DNA of 64,000 nt from Flavobacteriales bacterium (GCA_025210805.1 JAOAQX010000029.1:12962-76961), one strand, 5' to 3'; numbered from the stretch's first letter, positions 20,528 through 30,268 are shown. Translations and numbers: made by a program. Notes: generated from the sequence alone by a model not told the origin.

Positions 20528-20806
20528 ATGTTAAGAGTAATACTCATCATTTTATTCATCTATTTACTCATTAAGTTTCTTGCACCTTATATCAAGAAGT
20601 TTTTATTGAAGAGAGTAGAGAAAACTTTCGAAAAGAAAATCAACGAAGAATTTAAGAAAAGAGATCCTAATTATGAACCTCCCAGAAATGATAAAAGAAG
20701 AGAAGGAGAGGTTAAGGTAGAAAAGCTTTATAAGAAGAATACCAAAACAAAGCCGAGTACCGATAAATTGGGAGATTATGTAGATTTTGAAGAGGTTCAA
20801 GACTAG
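20528..20806 (+). CDS. Small single-pass membrane protein, DUF4834-like
   Basis: 92 aa with an N-terminal TM helix, a Lys/Glu-rich linker and the C-terminal YVDFEEV motif that I associate with DUF4834. Starts 3 nt after the ABC exporter stop. Confidence 0.5.
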   Translation: MLRVILIILFIYLLIKFLAPYIKKFLLKRVEKTFEKKINEEFKKRDPNYEPPRNDKRREGEVKVEKLYKKNTKTKPSTDKLGDYVDFEEVQD

Positions 20807-20948
20807 TGATATTATTAGCGAATTTTTAGTAAAAAAAGATTATTAGGTCTTTTTTTGCTAAAATTTGAGAAAAATAACTGCTTTATGATAATTATCATTG
20901 CTGAAAGTAAATTCAAAATATTAAATTAGAAAAATTTTTTATTTGATT

Positions 20949-21902
20949 ATGGATTGGGAAAACAACCAAGAATTGAAAGATATTCTAGAAAAACTACATC
21001 ATAAATACAGTTCTACAGGGCAAGACTTACAATCATATTTAGAAGGATTGTATCATACAAAAGCCTTTAATTATTGGGATTATATTCATTTAGATACTTT
21101 GTTGTCACTTCAAAATCCAGTTACTGGAATTACTGATGAGCCTATTTTTATAATGTATCATCAGATTACGGAGCTTTATTTTAAACTCATTTTACATGAG
21201 CTTAATCAAGTGAAAGATGCACAAGAACTTACCAAGAAGTTGTTATTAGGGAAATTGGAACGTGTAACACGATATTTTCATGTATTGGCAGATTCATTTG
21301 ATGTGATGTCTCATGGAATGGAAAGAGAACAATTCTTAACATTTAGAAAATCTCTACAACCCGCCAGTGGATTTCAGTCTAGGCAGTATAGAGAGATAGA
21401 ATTTATCAGTACGCCATTAGAAAACCTAGTACATAAAGACAAACGATACACAGACTTAACCCACCAAGAACAACTTGAAAATGTGTATTGGAGACAAGGA
21501 GGAATTCAAAAAGATACCGGGAAACCTGCACATACAAATGTGGAATTCGAAAAGAAGTATTGGAAACATTTTACAGCATTTACTTCTGATATAAAAGGGT
21601 TTACTATTTGGGATCAGTATATGAAATTGCCCAAAGAAGATAGGGAAGATGAGCAAGTAATTCATGCAATGAAGAGCTATGATAGTCTTGTAAATGTGAA
21701 TTGGCCATTACGTCATTATAGAACAGCAATGGTCTATTTAGCTCAAAGAAATAAAGTCATAGAAGCCACAGGAGGATCAAACTGGCAAGAATATTTACCA
21801 CCGAAATTCCAAAAAAGAATATTTTTTCCGGAACTTTGGACAAAACAAGAAAAAGAAGATTGGGGAAGAGCATGGGTGGAAAACACATTAGGAAGTTTGT
21901 AA
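20949..21902 (+). CDS. kynA: Tryptophan 2,3-dioxygenase
   Basis: YWDYIHLDTLLSLQ and the helical haem-binding core (HQITELYFKLILHEL). The ORF-track start 20943 is TTG; the first ATG is 20949. Confidence 0.8.
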   Translation: MDWENNQELKDILEKLHHKYSSTGQDLQSYLEGLYHTKAFNYWDYIHLDTLLSLQNPVTGITDEPIFIMYHQITELYFKLILHELNQVKDAQELTKKLLLGKLERVTRYFHVLADSFDVMSHGMEREQFLTFRKSLQPASGFQSRQYREIEFISTPLENLVHKDKRYTDLTHQEQLENVYWRQGGIQKDTGKPAHTNVEFEKKYWKHFTAFTSDIKGFTIWDQYMKLPKEDREDEQVIHAMKSYDSLVNVNWPLRHYRTAMVYLAQRNKVIEATGGSNWQEYLPPKFQKRIFFPELWTKQEKEDWGRAWVENTLGSL

Positions 21903-23158
21903 ATAATCATTTCGTATCGTTACAAAAAGTCTTTGCAATAACAGCAATAACAACAGTTTTTTTTAGTTGTGGTGAAACAGAAGAGTATCACCCACCGAAA
22001 ATAGCAGAAGAAGAAACCAAAATAGTAGTAGATTCAAGTCAGTTTTTCTTTGATGTCAATTTGAAGAATTATTGTATAGACGAATCTGAAATAGCCTATG
22101 GGGAGACATTAGGGCAGATTCTTGATGGTCAAGGTGTTTCGTCAAGAACTATTTTTAACCTCGCTAATGCATCCAAAGATATTTTGGATGTGAGAGACAT
22201 GAAAGTAGGGAAAAAATTTATGATTCTGAGTAAAAAAGATACCGTAAATATTCCTGAAATTTTTGTTTATCAAGCAAATGCTGTAGATCATTATTTATAT
22301 CATTTTGGAGATTCTATTTATGTAGAACATAAACAAAAACCAGTAGTGACCAAGCGAATGTTTGCCTCAGGAGAAATTCAAGGCTCGTTATCGCAAACGA
22401 TGGAAAGAATAGGACTGTCACAAAAACTCGTTGTATTGTTGGCTGATGGAATATACCCTTGGAAAATTAATTTTTTCGGTATTCAACCAGGTGATAAATT
22501 CAAAGTTATTTATGATGCAAAATATGTAGATGGTCAATTTATTGGAATTGGAGATCTGTATGCTTCAAACTTTTATCATCGTAATAGAAATTTTTATGCC
22601 TTTGAGTATAATGATTCATATTATGATGAAAAAGCTGGGAATTTAAGAGCATTTTTCTTGCAAGCTCCTGTTCAATATACCAGAATTTCGTCTAGGTATC
22701 AAAGAAGAAGAAAACATCCAGTAACGGGAAGAATAAAAGCACACAAAGGAACAGATTTCGCAGCACCCAAAAATACCCCTATTTTTTCCACAGCCGATGG
22801 AGTGGTTACTCATGCAAAATACAAGAGAAACAATGGGAATTATGTAAAAGTAAAACATAACAGGACTTACACAACTCAATATTTACACATGAACAAAATT
22901 AAAAAAGGGATTAGACCAGGGGTTCATGTAAAACAAGGAGAAGTGATAGGTTATGTAGGGAAAACAGGATTAGCAACTGGTTATCATGTTTGCTATCGTT
23001 TTTGGTATAAGGGTAAGCAAGTGGATCCTTTTAAATTAAAGTTTCCACCCTCAAAACCTTTAGACGAAAAATATGTTCCAGCCTATAATATTGTTAAAGA
23101 CTCCCTTCAAGACATATTAGATAAATACAGTTTTGTACAAGGAAAAGTAGTACTATAG
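21872..23158 (+). CDS. M23 family metallopeptidase (murein DD-endopeptidase-like), probable lipoprotein
   Basis: HKGTDFAAP and YLHMNKI...GYVGKTGLATGYHVCY M23 motifs. N-terminal lipobox-like FFSCGE. Start set at ATG 21872, which overlaps the kynA 3' end. Confidence 0.8.
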   Translation: MGGKHIRKFVNNHFVSLQKVFAITAITTVFFSCGETEEYHPPKIAEEETKIVVDSSQFFFDVNLKNYCIDESEIAYGETLGQILDGQGVSSRTIFNLANASKDILDVRDMKVGKKFMILSKKDTVNIPEIFVYQANAVDHYLYHFGDSIYVEHKQKPVVTKRMFASGEIQGSLSQTMERIGLSQKLVVLLADGIYPWKINFFGIQPGDKFKVIYDAKYVDGQFIGIGDLYASNFYHRNRNFYAFEYNDSYYDEKAGNLRAFFLQAPVQYTRISSRYQRRRKHPVTGRIKAHKGTDFAAPKNTPIFSTADGVVTHAKYKRNNGNYVKVKHNRTYTTQYLHMNKIKKGIRPGVHVKQGEVIGYVGKTGLATGYHVCYRFWYKGKQVDPFKLKFPPSKPLDEKYVPAYNIVKDSLQDILDKYSFVQGKVVL

Positions 23159-23170
23159 CTCAAAAAATAA

Positions 23171-23202
23171 AAAAAAAGCAATCATTTTGATTGCTTTTTT
23201 TT
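23171..23202 (+). terminator. Rho-independent (bidirectional A/T-flanked) terminator after the M23 peptidase gene
   Basis: aaaaaaagcaatc attttt gattgcttttttt. Confidence 0.6.
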
Positions 23203-23274
23203 GCTATATAAAAACGTATAGAATACAAGTTCCCGAAAATCCCTTTATCTTTACCCTTGTAAATAAAAAAACGC

Positions 23275-24048
23275 ATGGAGTTAGCACTAAAAAGACCTCT
23301 TGTTTTTTTCGATTTAGAAACAACAGGAACCAATATTGTAAAAGACAGAATTGTTGAAATCTGCATTATCCGAGTAGGAATCAATGGAGAAGAAAAAGTA
23401 CAAACTTGGCGGGTAAATCCCACGGTGAAAATTCCAAAAGAAGCATCAGATATTCATGGGATTACAGATGAAATGATTGCTGAAGCTCCCACATTTGAAG
23501 ATATTGCTTCAGATGTTCTCAACTGGATTAAGGAAGCTGATTTGGCAGGGTATAACTCAAATCGATTTGATATTCCATTACTTGCAGAAGAATTTGCCAG
23601 AGTGGATATCGATGTAGATTGGGAATCTAAAAGAATGGTAGATGTTCAATCTATTTTCTTTAAAAAAGAACCCAGAAATCTATCAGCGGCATATCGTTTT
23701 TACTGTGACAAAGAACTTGTGGGAGCCCACGGTGCAGAAGCTGATACCAGAGCTACCTATGAAATTCTAAAAGCACAGATAGATCATTATGATGACATCA
23801 AAAATGATGTAGATTTTCTCTATAACTTCACAAAAGGACATAGAAGAAACGCTGATTTTGCAGGTATGTTGGTCTACGACAAAGAAAAAAATATTTGTTT
23901 TAATTTTGGAAAATATAAAAACCAACCAGCCGACAAAATATTTGAAAAAGATCAGGGATATTATTCTTGGATTCAAAGGTCAGATTTTCCTATCCATACA
24001 AAGAAAATACTCACAAGAGTCTATATGGCAACTAAATTGAAACAATAA
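23275..24048 (+). CDS. 3'-5' exonuclease, DnaQ/DEDDh family
   Basis: Exo I FFDLETTG, Exo II NSNRFDIPLL, Exo III HGAEADTRATYEIL. Confidence 0.75.
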   Translation: MELALKRPLVFFDLETTGTNIVKDRIVEICIIRVGINGEEKVQTWRVNPTVKIPKEASDIHGITDEMIAEAPTFEDIASDVLNWIKEADLAGYNSNRFDIPLLAEEFARVDIDVDWESKRMVDVQSIFFKKEPRNLSAAYRFYCDKELVGAHGAEADTRATYEILKAQIDHYDDIKNDVDFLYNFTKGHRRNADFAGMLVYDKEKNICFNFGKYKNQPADKIFEKDQGYYSWIQRSDFPIHTKKILTRVYMATKLKQ

Positions 24049-24603
24049 ATGGAATATAACCAGTTAAATACCCTTGAGCAATATCGAATAATTGTAGACG
24101 AATGCCAAGAATTGTATTCAAGGAAATTAGAAGATTATGGAAGTGTTTGGAGAGTTCTTAGAGTTCCAAGTCTTACAGATCAATTATATATAAAGGCTAA
24201 ACGAATTAGAACTCTAGAGGAGTCTGAAAGTCAAATGATCGCTGAGGGAATTGAAGGAGAGCTTATTGCAATTGTGAATTATTCTGTAATGGCTTTAATT
24301 CAATTAGAAAAAGGCGTTGCAGATCATATTGATATCGATACAGAAAAAGCCGTAGAACTTTACAAAGAACAAAGACAGAGAATAGAAGAGCTTATGATGG
24401 CAAAAAACCATGATTATGGTGAAGCTTGGCGTCAAATGCGTATGAGTTCTCTCACAGATATGATTTTACAAAAACTATTACGCATCAAGCAAATAGAAGA
24501 TAACTCAGGAAAAACTTTGGTTTCCGAAGGAATGGACGCTAATTTCCATGACATGTTTAACTATGCAGTTTTTGCACTTATTAGATACAAAGAAAACGAA
24601 TAA
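24049..24603 (+). CDS. DUF1599 domain protein (internally duplicated)
   Basis: Two homologous half-repeats (YGSVWRVLRVPSLTDQLYIKAKRIRTLEE and YGEAWRQMRMSSLTDMILQKLLRIKQIED). Start codon directly abuts the preceding stop. Confidence 0.6.
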   Translation: MEYNQLNTLEQYRIIVDECQELYSRKLEDYGSVWRVLRVPSLTDQLYIKAKRIRTLEESESQMIAEGIEGELIAIVNYSVMALIQLEKGVADHIDIDTEKAVELYKEQRQRIEELMMAKNHDYGEAWRQMRMSSLTDMILQKLLRIKQIEDNSGKTLVSEGMDANFHDMFNYAVFALIRYKENE

Positions 24604-25857
24604 ATGAAAGCACTTATTTCCCTTTCCAGACTTTTAGTAGGTAGTATTTTTATTATTTCTGGGCTGATAAAAGCCAATGATTCAATTGGATTTGCTCATA
24701 AATTGGATGAATATTTTTCTGAAGCAGTATTCAATTTGCCATTTTTGCAAGAATACTCATTGATATTAGCAATTATAGTTTGTGTAGCAGAAATTGTTTT
24801 AGGTCTCATGCTGATTTTAGCAATAAAACCAAAAGCGACTTCGGCATTGCTTCTATTTTTTCTGATATTTTTTGGTTTTCTTACATTCTATAGTGCTTAT
24901 TATAATAAGGTGACAGATTGTGGTTGTTTTGGAGATGCCATAAAATTTACACCTTGGCAGTCTTTTGCAAAAGATATGATACTTTTGGTTTTGTTTATCC
25001 CATTTTTGATAAATACCAAACACGAATCATTAAAAAATCAATCTCTTACTAACAAAATAGCCATAGGTTCTTTTGTATTTATAGCTCTCTTGAGTTTTGT
25101 ACAATTTGAATGGAACTTCCCAATTTTGTTTGCACTAATTATTCTTGGTTTAGGAATATTTTTACAAATCATTGTAAAAAAAGAATGGGCATCATGTCTT
25201 CCGGCAGTTTTAGCGACTGTAGTTTCTTTGTTGTTTGTAAAATATACCATTGAAAATTTACCCATAAAAGATTATCGTCCGTATAAAATAGAAGCCAGTA
25301 TTCCCGCAGGAATGACCGTGCCAGACGATGCACCCCAAGGAATCACACATGTCTTTATAGAGAATGTGAAAACAGGTGATGTCAAAGGTGTTGAAATGGC
25401 AAATATCCCATGGGATGACAAGAACTGGAAATATCGCGGTGATTTAGAACCTAAAGAAATAGAAAAAGGATATGAGCCACCAATCCATGATTTCTCCATT
25501 ACCAATAACGATGGTGAAGACATCACAGAATCTGTATTGCTTTGGGACAAAGCACTATTAGTAGTGAGTTATTCCTATGAGAAATCCGATTTTGATGGAT
25601 GGAAAAAGACAAAAGAAGCAATAAGAAAGGCGCAAAAGAATGACATTGGTGTGATTGTTCTAACTTCATCTAATTTTGATGAAATACGAAAAGGACTCGC
25701 AAAAGAAGACCTTTTTGTACAGTTTGGAACCACCGATGAGACCACTTTAAAAACAATTGTGAGGTCTAATCCTGGGTTTATATATATGGAAGAAGGAGTT
25801 ATCAAAGGAAAGTGGCATTTTAACAACTTTAACAACAAATCAATAGTCAAAAAATGA
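24604..25857 (+). CDS. DoxX-like membrane protein with C-terminal soluble (thioredoxin-fold-like) domain, BT_3928-type
   Basis: N-terminal DoxX-type segment SRLLVGSIFIISGLIKAND and a CGCFG motif in a loop. About 6 TM segments, then a roughly 190-aa hydrophilic domain. Confidence 0.55.
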   Translation: MKALISLSRLLVGSIFIISGLIKANDSIGFAHKLDEYFSEAVFNLPFLQEYSLILAIIVCVAEIVLGLMLILAIKPKATSALLLFFLIFFGFLTFYSAYYNKVTDCGCFGDAIKFTPWQSFAKDMILLVLFIPFLINTKHESLKNQSLTNKIAIGSFVFIALLSFVQFEWNFPILFALIILGLGIFLQIIVKKEWASCLPAVLATVVSLLFVKYTIENLPIKDYRPYKIEASIPAGMTVPDDAPQGITHVFIENVKTGDVKGVEMANIPWDDKNWKYRGDLEPKEIEKGYEPPIHDFSITNNDGEDITESVLLWDKALLVVSYSYEKSDFDGWKKTKEAIRKAQKNDIGVIVLTSSNFDEIRKGLAKEDLFVQFGTTDETTLKTIVRSNPGFIYMEEGVIKGKWHFNNFNNKSIVKK

Positions 25858-25962
25858 CGATAGAACGTATTTAGATTGTTTTTTTCTAAATAAACAAGGT
25901 GATTTTCAAAAAATACTCTATTTTTGTAGCGTAAAAACTATAACAAAGAAACTTTTTATAAT

Positions 25963-27330
25963 ATGAAAACTTTAAAGCTTTTAGTAGCAAGTTTGTGTTT
26001 AAGCACATTTGCTATGGCTCAAGAAGTGATTAAGCCAGAGGATAGCAATGATTCTAAGTTAGACATGGATATGCCTATCAGAACATTTTGGAATGACTGG
26101 AGCTTATCTGCAAGACTAGAGCATTATGTAATATTTGGAGACGTAGTTGGAATGGCTGATGTTTATCAAAATGAAAGCGACTTAATTGATGTAGATGAAT
26201 ATTATCAAAATTTATCAAAGGTCAATAGAGCTGTTGATCTTGGATTTGGAGTAAGAGCAGGAAAGGCTGTGAGTCGATACTTTGATATTGGTTTAGAGTT
26301 GGCTTATGGAAGTATTTCAGGTGTGAAACAAATTGCAACAAATCAACCTTATACTATTGCTCATAGTGAAATGGATGTTTTTAGATTTGGTGCTGATATA
26401 AGATGGAATTTCTCAAAATATATTTTTGGTAAAGAAAAGCCTAAAACGCTTATTTATCTAGATGCAAATGTAAGCGGATTTTCTTCTAATGGAACTTTGA
26501 CTAAGGCATACCACAAATCAATACTTGAAAATGAGTATCCTAATAGTAAGCCAGAAACCAAAGAATTCTCTTATCTTCTTCCAATGTATGGACTTGGACT
26601 AGGAGCAGAATTCCTACTTTCAGAAAAATTATCACTTGACGTAGGTTCTAGATTTTTTATTACACACAACGATAAGATTGATGGACTTCATGAAGATGAA
26701 GGATTTGATAATAAAGATAAACAATCACCAGCAAACCCACATCACAAAAGTGGAGGTGATGCAATATGGAATAGCTATGTAGGATTAGCTTATGATTTCT
26801 CTAAGAATGTGGTTAATTCTCAATCAAACAAATGGCACAAAGGTACTTTGCTAGAAGATATGGGTAATGATACTACAGAAATCGTTATAGACGAAGATGC
26901 AAGTAGAGTGGATACTGTTTATATCAAAGAGACAATTATTGAAAAGCCTGTGGAAATTGTTAAGGTTAAAACAATTATTGACTACAACCACGTGAACTTT
27001 GATCCAGTATATTTCGATCTAGATAAACACAGTATAAGAGAAGATCAGTTTGCATCTATTGAAGCGGTAGCGAATTTCTTGAAGAAACATCCAGAAGCTG
27101 TTGTTGAATTAGAAGGAAATACAGATGCTTCTGCTTCTGAAGATTATAACTTGAAATTATCAGAGAAACGTGTACAATCTGTTAGAGAAGTTTTATTAGA
27201 GAGATATGGAATTTCTGCTGATAGAATTAAGATGAAGTATAATGGTGAAGAAAAACCAAAATATGAACTTCCTTCTTTAAACAGACGTGTAGATTTCAAT
27301 ATGGAATCCACTAAGAAGTCAACTAAATAA
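25963..27330 (+). CDS. OmpA family outer-membrane protein
   Basis: Signal peptide (FAMAQE), a beta-rich N-terminal part and a C-terminal OmpA/peptidoglycan-binding domain (GNTDASASEDYNLKLSEKRVQSV...NRRVDF). Confidence 0.8.
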   Translation: MKTLKLLVASLCLSTFAMAQEVIKPEDSNDSKLDMDMPIRTFWNDWSLSARLEHYVIFGDVVGMADVYQNESDLIDVDEYYQNLSKVNRAVDLGFGVRAGKAVSRYFDIGLELAYGSISGVKQIATNQPYTIAHSEMDVFRFGADIRWNFSKYIFGKEKPKTLIYLDANVSGFSSNGTLTKAYHKSILENEYPNSKPETKEFSYLLPMYGLGLGAEFLLSEKLSLDVGSRFFITHNDKIDGLHEDEGFDNKDKQSPANPHHKSGGDAIWNSYVGLAYDFSKNVVNSQSNKWHKGTLLEDMGNDTTEIVIDEDASRVDTVYIKETIIEKPVEIVKVKTIIDYNHVNFDPVYFDLDKHSIREDQFASIEAVANFLKKHPEAVVELEGNTDASASEDYNLKLSEKRVQSVREVLLERYGISADRIKMKYNGEEKPKYELPSLNRRVDFNMESTKKSTK

Positions 27331-27364
27331 TTCAAATAGAGCGTAATTATTTAGAAATTTTCAC

Positions 27365-27395
27365 AAAGCCGTTCCAATTGGAACGGCTTTTTTTT
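27365..27395 (+). terminator. Rho-independent terminator after the ompA-family gene
   Basis: aaagccgttcc aatt ggaacggcttt followed by a T-run. Confidence 0.85.
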
Positions 27396-27548
27396 GCATA
27401 AAATTTTAGTAGATAGGTCATTCTATAAACACCATTTCAAGTTTAAATTACCTCTCTTTATATTATGTAATATATGAATAATGAATAAAGTGAATGTGTA
27501 GGCTTGAATTAACACCGTAAGCAGTATAATTCCGATGTTTTGAGGTTT

Positions 27549-27666
27549 ATACCATTTACGGAGTTAATTTACCCATAAATTTTAGCTTCTTTTTCGGGTG
27601 TGTTTACTTGGTGTAACATCCCCCTTTCGGCTTAAATAGTGAGTAAATTAACTCCGAAAATGGTAT
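27549..27666. repeat. 118-nt element bounded by 23-24-nt near-perfect inverted repeats (MITE-like or structured RNA)
   Basis: taccatttacggagttaatttac (27550-27572) versus the reverse complement of gtaaattaactccgaaaatggta (27643-27665): 22/23 complementary. A degenerate third copy of the arm lies at 27507-27520. Confidence 0.6.
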
Positions 27667-28154
27667 TATTTGGTGATCCATTTTTGGTATTTTACTTGAA
27701 TTAATTCTTTAAAGTATTCATTTAGCTGAAAGAGCTTTTTCTCAGTATCTGTGCTAAAGTATTCTATTGGTAATCCATTTATTATATGAATATACTTAGT
27801 CTTTTTATCAAGATTAATAAATATTTGTTGGCTACCAATATCCGTAATCGCAAGTCCTTCGCAAGTATATTCTTGTTTTAACGAATTGAAATTAGAAGAA
27901 AGTAAACCTTCCACCAATTCTAACTTTTTACCATTAAGCTGTTCCTTTTCGACGAATGAATCCGAATTGTTACTGGTGAGTTTACTATGCTGAAAGGCAC
28001 TAAGCTCCAATGTATAGTTATAATCATAATCTAAAACAAATTCAGCACTTAATAATCTGTGCGAAAAACCATCACTACAAGAAAAAGCAAATAAATATTG
28101 ATCGTCTAATAATATAGTATTTTGTTCTTTGTCGAATTTTCTGATTTGTTTCAT
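27666..28154 (-). CDS. Hypothetical protein (162 aa), cytoplasmic, no recognisable domain
   Basis: ATG-initiated ORF with no signal peptide or TM segment. It lies between a terminator (28287-28319) and the inverted-repeat element. Confidence 0.5.
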   Translation of the reverse strand: MKQIRKFDKEQNTILLDDQYLFAFSCSDGFSHRLLSAEFVLDYDYNYTLELSAFQHSKLTSNNSDSFVEKEQLNGKKLELVEGLLSSNFNSLKQEYTCEGLAITDIGSQQIFINLDKKTKYIHIINGLPIEYFSTDTEKKLFQLNEYFKELIQVKYQKWITK

Positions 28155-28286
28155 CTATGTAGGCTTTATTTTTTGTTTATAAGGCTAGAATGAATCTCAG
28201 GAACTATCTCTTTTAAGAGATAACACCATCCAATCCTTTCTTAAAAAAATCTGGTATTCTCGTAAACGATTGATATTTTTAACAAT

Positions 28287-28319
28287 AAAGCCTTTCCGTG
28301 TAAACGAAAAGGCTTTTTT
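28287..28319 (-). terminator. Hairpin terminator at the end of the glycan operon
   Basis: aaagcctttc / gaaaaggcttt stem flanked by A/T runs, just downstream of the 83-aa gene stop at 28336. Confidence 0.5.
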
Positions 28320-28335
28320 GTTAAAATAGAACGGG

Positions 28336-28587
28336 CTATTTGCGTAATAAATATATAGGAATGGAAATTGTACTAGTAAAAAGTAATAACAAGATCCATA
28401 GCACTCTATTTTCTCTTTTGTGGTTCAGTACGTCCATAAAGCATCCAAACCAAGGGACAAGCAGTAATAAGCTTCCAAAAGCTACAAGAATTACCATATA
28501 TTCTTTGAGTAAGCTGGCACCAAGAATAATTGATAGAATGGCTAGAAAATAGATTAGTAAATAACGTTTTTTTGTGGTTGGGCTCAT
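28336..28587 (-). CDS. Small two-TM membrane protein (possibly PLD-nuclease N-terminal, PLDc_N-like)
   Basis: 83 aa with two hydrophobic helices. The C-terminal WILLLLFTSTISIPIYLLRK resembles the PLDc_N W...P..G..Y pattern. Confidence 0.35.
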   Translation of the reverse strand: MSPTTKKRYLLIYFLAILSIILGASLLKEYMVILVAFGSLLLLVPWFGCFMDVLNHKRENRVLWILLLLFTSTISIPIYLLRK

Positions 28588-28588
28588 T

Positions 28589-30268
28589 TTAGAAATCGTA
28601 GTATCTTGGGAATAAATTGGTTTTTAATCCAAAACTTAGCATTGTAGTTGTAGATCCTTTAAAATTTGCGAGTTCTACTTCTGGAGAAAAATCTCTTAAC
28701 CAAATTCCTGCTTCGAGGGTGAGGTTATAGGTTGGATTGACAACATAACCAATAGTTCCGTTAATATTAGTAATACTTGCTTTGTTTCCAAACAAAAAGG
28801 TATTTCCAAAATCGCCGTAAGGTCTGTTTTTGTATACGTTAGGTTCATAGATATCCGAACCATTGTTATTACCATCGGCATCATAACCTTTTTGCGCAAG
28901 CTGAATTTGACCTCTAAAACGCCATCTTTTGTATTGATATGAAGCTTGTGTTAGGAATTCAATAAAGTTGGCTCCAAGCGGGTGAGCCATTTCTTGCTCA
29001 TAGTGTCCGTAATTTGTTAAACCACTGTGGTGTGAGTAAGTAAAAGGACGTGCAAGGTTGAGCTCTGCTCTAAAGTTTAAATTTTCTATATGAAATAGGT
29101 CAAAAGACTTCATTCCTGCTTGGAAAGCAAATTTATTTTTCCACGATCCATTGCCAGAAAATAAATCACTAAAACTCAATTCATCAAATAGGAATTGCCC
29201 ATAGAGTTGTGTTCTTTCGCTTGCCTTGAAACTTCCCGTTAATCCTAGAAGTGCATTACCTCCTCCAGAACCTATTGAGTGTTCTATAGATCTATAGAAA
29301 ATAATAGGGTTTAAGTAAGCTATTTCAAACCCTCTACTTTCTGTTCCATCAGGATTTACTTGCCCATTCCATACAATTGATTCAAAGAGTCCGATATTAA
29401 AGCGTTTTCCTAGGTTGATAGAAAAATAGTGCATTGCCATATATTTTCTACCATGAAGTTTATCTTGAGGGTTGCTTGGGTCATAAGACACATCTATCAT
29501 TTTAGAGAAAATGTTCTGATACATTACTTTTCCGAACTGTGTTTGAATCTTTAGATAAGGGTAGTTAGCAGCATTATCCGATAATATCATAGATCGATGA
29601 CCTTCTCCAATAAAATTCTTTCCTGTTCCAAACTCAAAAGAGAAAAAACTTTTTGTTTTATAGTGGATATACCCTGAAGCATTAGAAAAATCATGAGCTC
29701 CATTTGTTGTTAAATGATTGGGTCTTCCCATTCCTGGGACCACCAAGGCTCTTTCATTAACAGATTCATTTTTTACCCAGCTTGGGAGTTTCATTAAGTT
29801 TTCTCTCAGATCAGTATAAAAATGAAAACGATCTCCAAGTTGCCCAATTATTTGGATTCCTCTCGTATTGGTAAAAGCAGATCCTCCAGTTTCTGAGATC
29901 AAATCAAAATCCATAATCGGATTAATTCTGACATCATAAATATGATCGTTTTTTTCTCCCGCATATCGAATCAAATCTCTGTGCATAAGAATATTCATAA
30001 ATCTAGAGTTATCTTCATCATAACCATAATATCCCTTTACAGCTTCTGGGCTGATATGATCTTTTAGGTCAATTGCTCTAAAAGGGCGGATGGCAGTATG
30101 AAAAGTATTTTCGTAAGAGTAAAGATTTTTTTCGTAAAGATCTAAAAGATATTGAGGATTGTAGTTTATTCTTCTATCTTCGAGTTCTTGCTTGTCTTTT
30201 TCATTTTGTGCAAACAAAGCCGTTGAAAGCATTGAGAATACAAGGAAATAATTGAATTTTTTAAGCAT
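28589..30268 (-). CDS. Predicted outer-membrane beta-barrel protein (Wzi/RemB-like), glycan-export associated
   Basis: Signal peptide (ALFAQNE), alternating beta-strand pattern and a C-terminal aromatic residue (RYYDF). Start overlaps the stop of the WecA-like gene by 1 nt. Confidence 0.45.
   Translation of the reverse strand: MLKKFNYFLVFSMLSTALFAQNEKDKQELEDRRINYNPQYLLDLYEKNLYSYENTFHTAIRPFRAIDLKDHISPEAVKGYYGYDEDNSRFMNILMHRDLIRYAGEKNDHIYDVRINPIMDFDLISETGGSAFTNTRGIQIIGQLGDRFHFYTDLRENLMKLPSWVKNESVNERALVVPGMGRPNHLTTNGAHDFSNASGYIHYKTKSFFSFEFGTGKNFIGEGHRSMILSDNAANYPYLKIQTQFGKVMYQNIFSKMIDVSYDPSNPQDKLHGRKYMAMHYFSINLGKRFNIGLFESIVWNGQVNPDGTESRGFEIAYLNPIIFYRSIEHSIGSGGGNALLGLTGSFKASERTQLYGQFLFDELSFSDLFSGNGSWKNKFAFQAGMKSFDLFHIENLNFRAELNLARPFTYSHHSGLTNYGHYEQEMAHPLGANFIEFLTQASYQYKRWRFRGQIQLAQKGYDADGNNNGSDIYEPNVYKNRPYGDFGNTFLFGNKASITNINGTIGYVVNPTYNLTLEAGIWLRDFSPEVELANFKGSTTTMLSFGLKTNLFPRYYDF

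Noticed and set aside
20885-20898. Perfect 14-nt palindrome atgataattatcat, 50 nt upstream of kynA
   Set aside because: Short all-A/T-rich palindromes are expected frequently in DNA of this composition, and there is no second copy or flanking conservation to support an operator.
27573-27642. Invertible promoter (inverton) interpretation of the inverted-repeat-flanked 70-nt segment
   Set aside because: No TAnnTTTG box on either strand of the enclosed segment and no nearby recombinase. The segment is shorter than typical invertons, and the flanking genes are convergent so no gene would be driven. It remains only a minor alternative within the inverted-repeat finding.
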